From: Octopus vulgaris
Lineage: Eukaryota
DNA length: 64,000 bases
Direction of reading: 5' to 3'
Assembly (NCBI GenBank): GCA_951406725.2
Contig: OX597816.1
Span: 47,864,001-47,928,000, forward strand
Shown in pieces: positions 24,274 through 37,596 of this stretch. The notes under the pieces are model-generated. The model was not told the origin of the DNA. It made no database searches and saw only the letters and a program-made list of their open reading frames with translations. The translations under genes and the position numbers were made by a program. Within the stretch, counting starts at the first letter, position 1. Each line of letters starts with the position of its first letter.

Positions 24274-25176
24274 GTGATGTTGAGACTACCTTTCTGAAGC
24301 AGCAAGGAGTGGCTTCTCCTTGAGCAGTCAGGTATAGATTAAAAACAGAAATGAAAAGGAAACAATTTGGCAAGACTTGACAAGCACATTTAATGTAGTA
24401 AATTAAATAAGCATCATCATCATCATTGTTCGACCGTGGTCGAGACTTTCATAGTCTTTTCAAATGGCTAATAATGTGTGCGCGCGCCACTACTACACAC
24501 ACATTAAATAAGCCATATGCCTTCATGAGGGTGAATGCATATGGCTTAGTGGTTAGTGTATTTAGCTCATGATCATAAGGTCATGAGTTCAAGTCCCGGT
24601 GACATGTTATGTCCTTGAGCAAGACACTTTATTTCACATTGCTCCTGTCCACTCAGCTGGTAAAAATGAGTAGTATATGTACTTCTAAGGGCCAGCTTTG
24701 TCACACCCTGTGTCATGCTGAATCTCCCCGAGAACTACATTAAGGGTAGGAAGGGCATCCAGCTGTAGAAACTCTGCCAGATCAGATTGGAGTCTGGTGC
24801 AGCCATCTGGTTCACCAGACCTCAGTCAAATCGTCCAACCCATGCTAGCATGAAAAGCGGACGTTAAACAATGATGATGATGATGATGATGATGAGTATG
24901 AGAGGTGACAAACTTACTTGAAAGTATAACACAGCCATTGTGTTCTGCTCTTCAGCAAGGGGGGAAAATATAATTGCTCCATATTATATATAGATTAAAA
25001 CAGAAAGAAAAGGGCAAACCATTTGGCAAGACTTGATAAGGACATTTAACTTACTATATTAAATGTGCTTGTCAAGTATTGCCAAATGGTTTCCTTTTCA
25101 TTTCTGTTTTTAATCTATACCTGACTGCTCAAGAAGCCACTCTTTGATGCTTGAGAAAGGCAGTCTCAAACATCAC
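24274..25176. mobile_element. MITE-like element with ~135 bp terminal inverted repeats (24274-24408 and 25044-25176), invaded by SINEs
   Basis: GTGATGTTGAGACT...GCACATTTAAT matches its reverse complement. An additional internal arm copy lies at 24988-25049. Confidence 0.75.
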
Positions 25177-25457
25177 ATGTTAGACTGCAGTTTCAGTGAC
25201 ATACCAAATTGAGCAGGCAAGGTGCATACCTATTAATTTGAGTCACCTGACGACAACTCCTCAGATGCTTTATATAGCAGAGCAATGGGGGGGGGGGGGC
25301 AGACACAAGCACAAAAGCATATGCATACATATATATTAGTTTCAATTTTTCATACAAGGCCAGCAATTTTGGGGTGTTAGGTAAATCAATTACATTGATC
25401 CCAATGCTCGACTGACCCTGAAAGGATGAAAGGCAAAGTCAACTTAGATGGAATTTG

Positions 25458-25505
<48 letters not shown>

Positions 25506-26074
25506 CACACATGCACACACATACACACACATTTCAGGTGTGGAAACAAGGTCTGAAATCTAATGGCCTTAGAGTCAATTTAGCAAAGACCAAAGTCTTA
25601 GTAAGTAGGTAAACAGACAAATCACAAGTCCCTTCTGGGAGGTGGCCTGGCTTGATATGTAAGAAAGGAGTTGGTAGAAACGCCGTACACTACACCCAGT
25701 GCAAGCTTTGGACACATAAGAGGTGTAGCAGTACCAATTAAAGTTAACAGAGAATATAGTCTTTGTATGTGGGAAATCTACGGGCACAATAAGCATTAAA
25801 AATATGCAGACAACAGGCTCCTTCAACTGTTTGGTTGGGTATCATTTGAGGTAGTGTATATAAGGTGTTCTACACCAGAATTCGAAATTGTAATATGGCT
25901 ATGTATGCTAGAAACTTACCTCTTTTGTTAGTCATTAATTTAGCACTTAATGGCTTTTAGAGTTAATTTAACTCTTATATTAGCATAAGCGGTGCTGGAC
26001 AGCACCCTCTGTCACTTTTGCAACCTCTATTAATTTTGCCTATATACGTACATACATATATATATATATATATA

Positions 26075-26277
26075 AAGTTAATCCAAACATGAAAACACAA
26101 AGAGAAAACACAACAACGCAAGGACGTGGAACAAATATAGTATTATTGGAAGGGAAGAAGGAGGGTTTAACGTTTCGAGCGGAGTTCTTCGTCGGAAACA
26201 TAGGAGAAGGAAAGATCCAGAGAAGGGAAGACAGAGGAAAAAAAAATCGCCAACAGTACACACGCGGTCACATTTTG

Positions 26278-26323
<46 letters not shown>

Positions 26324-26512
26324 TTCGTTTTTGAATTTGGTTTGCAAGATTCTTTATGTGAGTTTGTGTGTTGAACGCAGTTCCGATAATGGACAGAGAC
26401 AACGACTATTGAAATGGTTGCAAGATGCAACGAAAATTTTAGGAAGAATAAATAAGTAAATGAGTGGAAACTTTACTGGTGAGTGTGTTAAATAACAAGG
26501 CACTAAAAGAGA

Positions 26513-26515
<3 letters not shown>
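26075..26515 (-). mobile_element. Penelope-like pLTR fragment in (TA)n with HHR at 26165-26199
   Basis: Minus strand GTTT-CCGACGA-AGAACTCCGCTC-GAAA-CG-TT-AAAC. Near-identical to 42563-42766. Confidence 0.65.
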
Positions 26516-26547
<32 letters not shown>

Positions 26548-27623
26548 TATATATATATATACATATATATTTACATACATACATACATACATATATATAT
26601 ATATGTATGACTAACAGAAATAGATTTCCACAATTATTTCATGTTTGAGTGGTCAGCAAGTTACCAAGCTTCAGCAAAACCTATCCTACTCATTCTTGCA
26701 TATAAAAAGAAATAAAAATAATAATTACTGAATATGTTTAGTCATAAAGTTAATAACTCAACAAGCTTAAAAGACATTTCATGACAGATTTAATACGTAA
26801 CATAGTTGTTGAGTCACTGGTTAATATCTGTCTCCTCTGATCAATTTAGAATAAATATCCTGCACTCGAGAAACTTAATATACTTAATATTCTTTTCTAT
26901 TCTAGGCACAAGGCCCGAAATTTGGGGGAGACTGGGAAGCCAGTCAATTAGATCAACTCTAGTATGAAACTGGTACTTAATTTATCAACCCCCAAAAAGG
27001 ATGAAACGCAAAGTCGACCGTGGCAGAATTTGAACTCAGAACGTAAAGACAGATGAACACTTGCCCAAGGTGTGCCATGCAGTGGGACTGAACCCGGAAC
27101 CACGTGGTTGGTAAGCAAGCTACTTACCACACAGCCACTCCTGTGCTTGTAATTTGGTGGTTCAATATAAGAAAATTGCTAGAATAAGTATTAGGCTTTT
27201 GAAAAGTAAGTTCTGCGGCTGATATATATATAATTAATAATCCTTCACTAATAACTCTGTTATATATATATATATATATATATCTAAACAAAGTTATTAG
27301 TGAGAGATTATCAATTCAGGCAAAATACTTCATAAACATTCTGTTAATATACCAAGCTAACAATATTGTTTAGATTAGTAAAGGCATAATCAGAAATGAC
27401 TAACGAAAGTAGCATTAATTTTCTAGGTCAGTCAATTTTTCTCAACCAATCAGTGGGTCGACTGAGTAAACCTATCAATAATGAACCTATAATAACTACT
27501 GGAAACGAGATTAAGTCAAATTTACTGTGATGAAGAAAAAGATATAATGACCATTATTTATGCCTTGTTTCATATATACATATAAAATACATACATACAT
27601 ACATACATTCATACATTCATACA

Positions 27624-27653
<30 letters not shown>

Positions 27654-27654
<1 letters not shown>

Positions 27655-28701
27655 CTATATATATAAAACTCAACTTGTGTGTCTGTGTGTGCATCTGTGT
27701 GTGTGTTTGTGTGTTTAACTTCCCAGCACATCTCCTCCTAGCCAACAAATCATAGAACCACCAAAAATGGGTCACTTAAAGTTTAGGCAAATGAAAATTG
27801 AACTGCGCTATTTCTGTTCCGATTCATCTCGCAAAAATCGATAATGTGTTTGTTTAGGCCTTATCCCATGCATTGAATAGTGAACTTTACTCAGTCAGCA
27901 TGCGTAAATTGCATGAAAAATAGAAAATTCAAGATATAAAAACGAATCGCCGTAAACATTGTAGAAATTCGGCAAAGAAATGAATTTTGGGGATGTAGCC
28001 TGGAGGGTTTTTTCATATTAATCGTTTGGACTTTGTGAACACATACCAATTGTTTTCATAACATTTTTAACTCTTTGAATTAAATGTGACCATTTTGCAT
28101 CTGAGTTTGAATCACTTTAACCAAATTTTAGCAGGCCGGATTTTTGATCATCACGATACGTCGCCAGCGACTCCCTGAAACTCTCCCCTGAAATCCCCAT
28201 TGAGAAATCTATATATATAAAACTCAACTTGTGTGTCTGTGTGTGTGTCTGTGTGTTTAACTTTTGAATCTACCAAGTTTCACTATTAAGGATGGAAAGT
28301 AGTGTGTAGCAAATCTATATATATAAAGCTGAAGTTGTCTGTGTGTGGCAGGTTTGGTAGCCTTCAACTAACACTATCTCCTTCAAGACCCTGCGGCACA
28401 AGTTGACCAAAATTCAGAGTATGATAAAAGAAGGCTTGCTCTTCATTCTGTAGAAGATAAAATTCAAATCGGACCATGTTAACGCCAAAAATTATTTACA
28501 TCAAAAGGTGCTTTTTTTCTATGAAAATCCCTATTTTTTACGATTTTTGACTGCTGTGTCACCATTATTTGGTGTATTTCAACTGGAAAAATGTTCACTT
28601 GGAGAGAATAACAAGTTGCATAATGCAAAATTTTTACTTTTCAAAAATTCCAATTCTAAAGGGTCGAAACAAACCCAAGCAACACCGGGTGATACTGCTA
28701 G
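27654..28701 (+). mobile_element. Non-autonomous Helitron composite (three 5' ends, one 3' end)
   Basis: A|TCTATATATATAAA starts at 27654, 28208 and 28314. A degenerate hairpin CCCAAGCAACACCGGG (28674-28689) precedes CTAG|T at 28698-28702. Confidence 0.8.
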
Positions 28702-28776
28702 TATAAATATATAAATAATATATATATGTATGTATGTATGTATGTATACATATATATATAAGTAAAAGTATATATG

Positions 28777-28815
<39 letters not shown>

Positions 28816-28871
28816 GCATACATATATATATAGCATATATATATGTATATATATATATAAATATATATATA

Positions 28872-28922
<51 letters not shown>

Positions 28923-29694
28923 ATACAAGCATATACAATTAGATAATGGCAGTTGACGGAGAGAATAGTAGACTAAAATTGGAAAAGTAAAACAATTACA
29001 CTTAGTGAATTGAGGCATTTAGAGTGGGAAGAATCAAAAAGACAATGTCCTTAACCTGAGCTGTCTTCCAGAACATTCTTCTAATGATAAGGAAGTCTCT
29101 GAAGTTTTTTTAAGCCTGAGGTCATAAGCTCTGTATTATTGTGTTGTGTTGTGTTTCTTCCCTCTTTTTTTTAGAATTCATAAAAGCAATTAATGCATTT
29201 TATAATAATTGACTTGTCTAAATTATAAAACCAAACAAATAAAAGATTAATGAAAACGAAATTAAAAGTAAATATTGTTGTGTAAATAGATAAAAATAAT
29301 AAGACTTGAATTTAATGGAAGAATGAAAAAGAAAACTGCTAGCCAACCAAAAAGCAAATAACGATGATTGAAAAAAAAGAATTTTCTTTCAACGATAATG
29401 AAGGAAATTATATAAATATTTAATAAATAATTAAGGTATAAAATATTAAAATAGAATTATTAGTCGCTTAACAAATTTCCAGATAAATAAATTCTTACTA
29501 CTTTTATCATAGTAGAAGATGTTAATTGTAGATCTGTACTTTTCTTTCTTTCTTTTTTCTTCCATCCTTTTTTACTTTCAATCTTTCATTTTATTTTTCA
29601 AACTAAAGATAAGATATTTGAAATTAAATCACAACTGAAGCTTGTATAAATCTTGAAGTCCACTAGTTCAAATGAGAGCAAAAGATAGATAGAC

Positions 29695-29770
<76 letters not shown>

Positions 29771-29863
29771 TGTTTGGCAGGTAGGTAGGTAGGTAGAGAT
29801 GTTGACAGATAAATAGATAGGTAGATAAATAGACAGGAAGACAAACAGACAAATATAGATAGT

Positions 29864-29937
<74 letters not shown>

Positions 29938-30359
29938 AAGAAAAAGAGAGAAACCCATGGCATAGGGGAATTGAAATTAATTATGAAATAAATATGAAAT
30001 AGATTTCCAAAGATAAAACAAAAGAAGCATATCTTAAGAAGTAATAAAGAATGCACTAATGATTAAAAACAGACTCTTAATGAAGAAATTCAAAATGCAG
30101 CAGCAGCAGCAGCAACAACAACAACAATATTAATTAATAATAATAATAAAAAAGAAATAAATGAATAAACAAACTTCATGCAAGTAATTGAATAAAGAGA
30201 AACAGTAATATTAAGTTTTAAAGAGAAGGGAAAATAAAAAAATACAGTACAAAGTGATTTTTTTAAAAAAAAACAGACAACAAAATTTCCATCTTTCAGA
30301 GAAAAATATCTGTGAAATCTTTTCACTGGATAACAGCAAAATTTTATCATTAGTGTTAT

Positions 30360-30408
30360 CATTTATTTATTTATTTATTTATTTCTTCTTCTTCTTCTTC
30401 TTCTTCTT

Positions 30409-30493
<85 letters not shown>

Positions 30494-30528
30494 TCCTTCT
30501 TCTTCTCCTTCTTCTTCTTCTTCTTCTT

Positions 30529-30559
<31 letters not shown>

Positions 30560-30749
30560 TTATTATTATTATTATTATTATTATTCTCCTTCTTCTCCTT
30601 CTTCTTCTTCTTCTTCTTCTTCTACTACACATCATCCTCACCACCACCACCACCACCACGACCATTACTGCAGCTGTTGTTGCCTCTGCTGCTGGTACTG
30701 CCACCGCCACTGCCACCACCACCACCACCACCACCACCACCACCACCAG

Positions 30750-30796
<47 letters not shown>

Positions 30797-30834
30797 TTAC
30801 TACTACTACTACCACCACCACCACCAGCACCACC

Positions 30835-30865
<31 letters not shown>

Positions 30866-31229
30866 CCACCGCCACCAACACCACTATCACTACAACTGGA
30901 TATTATTATTATTATGATTTTGTTGTTGTTGTTGTTGTGGTACTAGTTGTGGTTTTCTCTGATATTGTATCATACAAACATTTTTATCGAATCTTCTGTT
31001 ATTTGGTAACAGATACTGCTTGCTCAACTTGACTTCAATTTATCATTTATTTATTTATTATTTTTATTTATTTGTTTATTTATTTATTTATTTATTTATT
31101 CTTTACATGCATTTCCATGTGAAATTCAGTTTTCCTTTCATTTTAAATATGGATTACTTTGAATTTAACCTAAATAAGCTATATTTCTCAAATATCAACT
31201 CAGTTACATTTTTAACATTTTACAATAAC

Positions 31230-31260
<31 letters not shown>

Positions 31261-31880
31261 GAAGAGAAAATGAAATGCATAAAAACAAAAGAAATTAGGT
31301 TTTTTTTTGTTATTAGATGGGAGGGATAGAAAAGTACCGTTTTTTTATCATAGAAATTCTCGTCATCAGCATTGCCATTGTCATCAATCATAATTGTCAT
31401 CATCATCATCATCATCATCATCATCTTCATCATCATCATTCTCATTGTCATTGTCATCATCATCATAATCATCATCGTCGTTGTATTCCTCATCCTCCTC
31501 ATCATCATCATCCTCAATCATCATTGCCATCGTCATTGTCATCATCATCATAATCATCATCATCGTTATCATCATCATTGTCATTGTCACTGTCATCATC
31601 ATCATCATTGTCATTGTCACTGTCGTCATCATCATCATCATTGACATCATCATAATGAGGATGATGGTTACGATGATTGGCATCATCATTATCATTACCA
31701 ACACCAACACCACCATCACCACCACCACCACTACTATCTTCACCACCATCACCACCACTACTACCTTTACCACCATCACCACTCTCACCACCACCACTGC
31801 CGCCGCCGCTGCCACCATCCTTGCCCGTCCTCCACCTCATCCTTGTTATCTTCATCATCATCACCATCAGTGTCATGATT
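30360..31880. repeat. Large compound triplet microsatellite fields (TTC, TTA, CCA, CTA, CAT)
   Basis: Read directly. Confidence 0.95.
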
Positions 31881-32069
31881 GCTTTCATGCTTGCATTTCC
31901 GATGCTAACAGGGTTGGAATAAGAGTTTTAGAGCCAGCGCTCTATGTGTAGATGCCCCTTAACTGTCTTTAAGTGAAGTACTTCATTCTGCTAGTCTTCA
32001 CATGTCAGACTGCTAAGTTATGGTGCATGCTGCATATGCAAGGCATCATAAACACATACACACATGAAG

Positions 32070-32107
<38 letters not shown>

Positions 32108-32423
32108 ACACACATATATGTAATGATAACGTCATAGATTCAAACCCTAGGATGGGCCACAGAATATATTTAGAGCAAAACATATCATATCATGCTGTTC
32201 CAGTTTACTCTGGTGAAAGTGGGTGCCAAACTATTGCTGATATGCAGTCCTCCATCTTTCCAGTCGCTGCATCCTGACGTTCCACTCGCTCAAGAGTGAG
32301 AGACAAGATGATGTCTATGTTTGCGTGCAACTGCATAAGTGATTGAATTCGATAACACAAGCATACACATACTATTCGGTTATTGCTGGTTATAAGAGAT
32401 GGGTATGGTTCACATATATATAC

Positions 32424-32566
<143 letters not shown>

Positions 32567-32924
32567 TGTGTGTGTATGTTGGATACATGCCAGTATAGAA
32601 AACGGATGCTAAATGATGATGATGAAGATAATGATGATCATAATGCATATACATGTAAATATACACACACACACACACGCACACATACATGTATAAATAT
32701 TTATATACACATGCGCACATGTTCACACACAGACACACACACATGAACATATCCCATACACACACACATACATATCCCATTTAATGCATCTACAACTCCA
32801 TATATTTTTCTTTCACTTTCTACACATATATTCTCTCACTTTCTTCTACTCTTTTACTTCTTTCAGTCATTGAACTGTGGCCATGCTAGAGCACTGTAGA
32901 TGTCTGTGGCACAAGTTTATATAT

Positions 32925-33480
32925 ATGTTCTTCTCTCTCTTCCTCTTGCTCCTCCTCCCCCATTCCCGTCGTCCATCTGCGACGTACTTCCGTCGTAACT
33001 GCTATCCCGTCCTTTCTCGCCTGCCTTCTAAGGCCACTGGTCGACATCTTCCTCTCTCGTCGTCCACTATAATCCAGCGTTTGCAATACTTTTTTCGTCT
33101 GGCGTTAACAGCCCTTCTTATCTTGTTCTCCTTGTCCTGTCTCTCACTGTTATATATTTATTTTTCCACTGTTTATATATATATTTTTTACTGTTTATAT
33201 GTTTGTACTGTCGTTACCGTCTTGCTTTTTTTACCCCTCTGCGACGAGATCTCAGAATTTTAATTGATTTGCTTTTCGCAGGAAGGAATTTTTCATTCGA
33301 AGTATACGTCTCGCTTTTATCCTTCGAAACGTTTAGTAGATGAAACTTTAGCGACTGAAGAAGGGGATTTTTCGTTGTGCTTATTGTCCTGTATCTCCCT
33401 TTTTTTGCTTGTCTTGTTCCTTGGTTTGTGTCTATGTTTTTCGTCTCTCTATGTGTTCGACGTCCTTTTGGTGTCCTGTA
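32925..33480 (+). mobile_element. CpG-rich Penelope-like 3' region with partial HHR motifs
   Basis: GAAGGA..TCCTTC-GAAA-CG-TT (33282-33333) and CTGAAGA-AGGGGAT..ATCTCCCT (33355-33400). Neither motif is complete. Confidence 0.4.
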
Positions 33481-33716
33481 CACATATATGCGTGTATATG
33501 TACATGTAGAGGTAGGTACGTACATATATGTTTATATATATGCATATATTTTATTAACATATATATATACATACATACATATACATATATATATGTCGAT
33601 GGCTCAAAACGTAGCAAGATTTTCTCACCTTCCCAAATGTTAAACTAATACACCTGTTTGTTGTTTATACACCTGTCTTCATCTTTTGTTTTTCTGTAAA
33701 TTTCAACCATATATAA

Positions 33717-33761
<45 letters not shown>

Positions 33762-33765
<4 letters not shown>

Positions 33766-34140
33766 CGCAGGCGTGGCTGTTTGGCAAGAAGCATGTCAAC
33801 AACATGGTTCCAGATTCAGTTCCACTGTTTAGCACCTTGGGCGAGTGTCTTCTACTGTAGCCTTGCGCTGACCAAAGCCTTGTGAGTGGATTTCATAGAT
33901 AGAAACTGAAAGAAGCCTGTTGTATATATATATGTATATGCTTGTGAGTCTGTGTTTGGTCTCCCAACACTGTTTGACAACTGATGTTGGTGTGTTTATG
34001 TCCCTGTAACTTAGCAGTTCAGCAAAGATACTGAAGGAATAAGTACTAGGCTTACAAAGAATAAGTCCTAGAGTCGATTCATTCAGCTAAAGATGGTGCT
34101 CCAGCATGGCTGCAGTCAAATGACTGTAACAAGTAAAAGA
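33762..34140 (+). mobile_element. Family A tRNA-derived SINE
   Basis: Colinear with 59731-60138. Confidence 0.85.
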
Positions 34141-34236
34141 ATATATATATATGTGTGTGTGTGAGTGTGTGTGTGTGTATACATATACATATACAGATAT
34201 ATATATATATATAAATGTGTATATATATATATATAT

Positions 34237-34319
<83 letters not shown>

Positions 34320-34368
34320 TGTATATATATATATGTAGAACTCTTTCTCTGTACACATGCGCTTGTAT

Positions 34369-34420
<52 letters not shown>

Positions 34421-34840
34421 ACATACATACATGTTAGTTACATTAGTTGTCTGTAATATAATACAATAAAGTATTCCCTGATGAGTTGTGGTTAAGCGTC
34501 CAATTGCTGTTGGAAGATCCGATGCAGACTTCCAAACCACCTCAATAGCAACAGCATATACAAAAACAAAAATGATATAAACTTTTGTTTATAATAATTT
34601 CTCCCACATTGCTCAGTGTATCATAACAAACAATACTACCGAGTATAGTAGTATAGTAACTAAACCACTTTACTGGAAGCAATCTTTATGATAATGATTT
34701 ATGTGGACCTCTAAAAGTAACAGTAGAAGTCATGCATTTGCTTGGGCATGCTTGATACACACAGGCACAGACACAGAGACATATTCACAGGCACACATAC
34801 ACACGTGTATGTGTGTGTCTGTGAATATATATATATATGC

Positions 34841-34907
<67 letters not shown>

Positions 34908-34979
34908 TAATAAATATAATAAATATAATAATATAAATAATAAATAATAATAAAGATAATAATAAATGATACATGTGTG

Positions 34980-35021
<42 letters not shown>

Positions 35022-35389
35022 TATGTATATATATATATGCATGTGTGTGTATGTATATATATATATTGAGTAAGAAAATAGAGATGTAATGGATACAAAT
35101 TAATTTATTAATTAATCAACATATTAACCAACAATTGTTTCATTTCTCTCTCTCTTTCATTTCTCAAATAAGAAAAATATTACAAAACATATATAAAAAT
35201 ATACTTTTGCATTTTAAATACCTTATAAGGAAAATTGTCAGGGTTTTCAAAGGACAATAAGGATACTTTCGGAATATGGATACTTTCAAAATATAATATA
35301 TATTCATTCTCTTAGGAATATATATTCATTCTCTTCAAAATTTAATATACTAAACCAGTGTATCTTGGATAAATATCCCTATAAGAGGT

Positions 35390-36781
35390 TTGAATATCCT
35401 CATTGTGACTAATATATATACATACAATGGTGCTACTCCGGAACAGTGGAAAACTGCCAGTGTCATTCCTCTGTTCAAAAAGGGCGACCGCACATCACCT
35501 GTCAACTATCGCCCAGTCAGTCTCACTAGCTGTATTGCAAAACTGATGGAATCATGTGTCAGAGAAACACTTTGGAATTTCTGGAGCTCACACAGTCTCA
35601 TCCGACCCTCACAATATGGATTTGTCCCTAACTCCAGCTGCAGTGATCAGCTTGTCGAGTTCCTTGAGGACATTACTCAGATCACTGACAGTGGCTCATG
35701 GGTGGATGTTGTCTACCTTGACTTTACTAAGGCTTTCAACTCTGTGCCACACAAAAGGCTTATGGTGAAACTCTCTGCAATGGGTGTGAGGGATGACCTT
35801 TTTAACTGGTTGAAATCCTTCATTCTCAACCGAAAGGAGGTAGTCACAGTTCTAGGACAGCATTCTACACCATATGAGATGTCATCGGGTGTACCACAGG
35901 AATCTGTCCTTGGTCCCCTCTTGTTTGTGGCATACATTAATGACATAGATGCAAATTTAAAGAATGCCACAGTATTAAAATATGCAGACGACATCAAGCT
36001 GTACCTTGAAATCAAGAGGACAGATCCTGTTGTCTACAGTTCTTTCCTGCAATCAGACCTGGACACAATGCAGCAATGGATCACAGACTGGCAACTGAAA
36101 CTGACTGTGGACAAGTGTACCACCATGCATTTTGGGAGAAAAAACCCTGTGTCCACATACTTCCTCCACAACACTGATATCAAGAAATCCTTTTGCGAGC
36201 GTGACCTAGGCATCACTGTCAGCAGTGATTTGCGTTGGACAAAGCATATCTCTAAAATTGTTAAGAAGGCCGAGGGTGTCTTAGCATCACTCAGCAAGAC
36301 TTTTGTTAGCCGCTCTCCAGCCATCTATTTAAAACTGTATACAGCTATGGTACGACCATACTTGGAATTCGCATCATCAGTTTGGAACCCCTGTCTTGCT
36401 CAGAACATTGACCTCCTGGAATCTGTTCAGAGACGTGCAACCAAACGCATATCCTCCATCAGACACCTACCATATTCTGAGCGCCTTGTTTCCCTGGGCA
36501 TGGATTCACTGAAGCTCCGGCATCTGGCGACGGACTTGGTAAATGCCCACAAAGTTGTCAACCACCTCACCAATAACAACACTGAACACCTTTTTGATCT
36601 CCATGTGTCTAACACACGTGGACATGCCTACAAAGTCAGAAAACAACACAGCTCCCATGACTTTTGGAAACATTTCTTCACACTCAGAGTTGCTGAAGCA
36701 TGGAATAAACTGCCTGCGTCAGTTGTTGACTGCCATGACACTGCATCCTTTAAGGCCCTCATGCTTTCCGAAATCCGTTGA
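35390..36781 (+). CDS. Reverse transcriptase, C-terminal part of LINE ORF2 (uninterrupted 463 aa frame; true start lost)
   Basis: Motifs NYRPVSLTS, QYGF, YLDFTKAFNSV, SGVPQESVLGP, YADD, ERDLG, LESVQRRATK, TRGH and WNKLP. Confidence 0.9.
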   Translation: MNILIVTNIYTYNGATPEQWKTASVIPLFKKGDRTSPVNYRPVSLTSCIAKLMESCVRETLWNFWSSHSLIRPSQYGFVPNSSCSDQLVEFLEDITQITDSGSWVDVVYLDFTKAFNSVPHKRLMVKLSAMGVRDDLFNWLKSFILNRKEVVTVLGQHSTPYEMSSGVPQESVLGPLLFVAYINDIDANLKNATVLKYADDIKLYLEIKRTDPVVYSSFLQSDLDTMQQWITDWQLKLTVDKCTTMHFGRKNPVSTYFLHNTDIKKSFCERDLGITVSSDLRWTKHISKIVKKAEGVLASLSKTFVSRSPAIYLKLYTAMVRPYLEFASSVWNPCLAQNIDLLESVQRRATKRISSIRHLPYSERLVSLGMDSLKLRHLATDLVNAHKVVNHLTNNNTEHLFDLHVSNTRGHAYKVRKQHSSHDFWKHFFTLRVAEAWNKLPASVVDCHDTASFKALMLSEIR

Positions 36782-36845
36782 AACTACACCTGATTATATA
36801 TGCACTTTAGATGAGTTGTAGTGCACCTGAGCACTGTACACAATG

Positions 36846-36877
<32 letters not shown>
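35425..36877 (+). mobile_element. 5'-truncated CR1-group LINE with (ATT)n tail
   Basis: RT ORF, a ~65 bp 3' UTR, then (TTA)n at 36847-36877. Confidence 0.92.
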
Positions 36878-36880
<3 letters not shown>

Positions 36881-37112
36881 CTCTTTTATCTTGTTTCTGT
36901 CATTGAACTGTGGCCATGCTGGGGCATTGCCTTGAGAAATTTTTAGTTCCAGTACTTAATTTTTTTGCTAAACCTGATACTTCAAGTGGTCTCTTTTACT
37001 GAACTGCTAAGTTACAGGAATGTAAACACACCAACAAGTGGGTTGTCAAACAGTAGTGAGAGACAAAGACACACACAAAGACACACACACACACACACAC
37101 ACAAAGCCACAA

Positions 37113-37146
<34 letters not shown>

Positions 37147-37415
37147 GCACACGCACACACACGCACACACATGCACACACACACACACACACACAAACAC
37201 ATGCACACGCACACACATCCACACACACACACACACACAGAAACACATGCATATATAAGATGAGCTTCTTCCAGTTTCCATCTACTGAATCCACTCTGGC
37301 TGGCACAAGGCTAGTAGAAGACACTTGCTCAAGATTCCATGCAGTAGAACTGAACCCAGTACTATGTGGTCAGGAAGCAAGCTTCTTATCATGCAGTGAG
37401 GCCTGTGCTTGTCTA

Positions 37416-37533
<118 letters not shown>

Positions 37534-37596
37534 GGGAGAGAGAGAGACAGATACATACATACATACATACATACACACATGCATACATGCATGCAT

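Noticed and set aside
34478-34560. CTGATGAG followed by hairpins
   Set aside because: No GAAA, stem III or UH in register, so it is not called an HHR.
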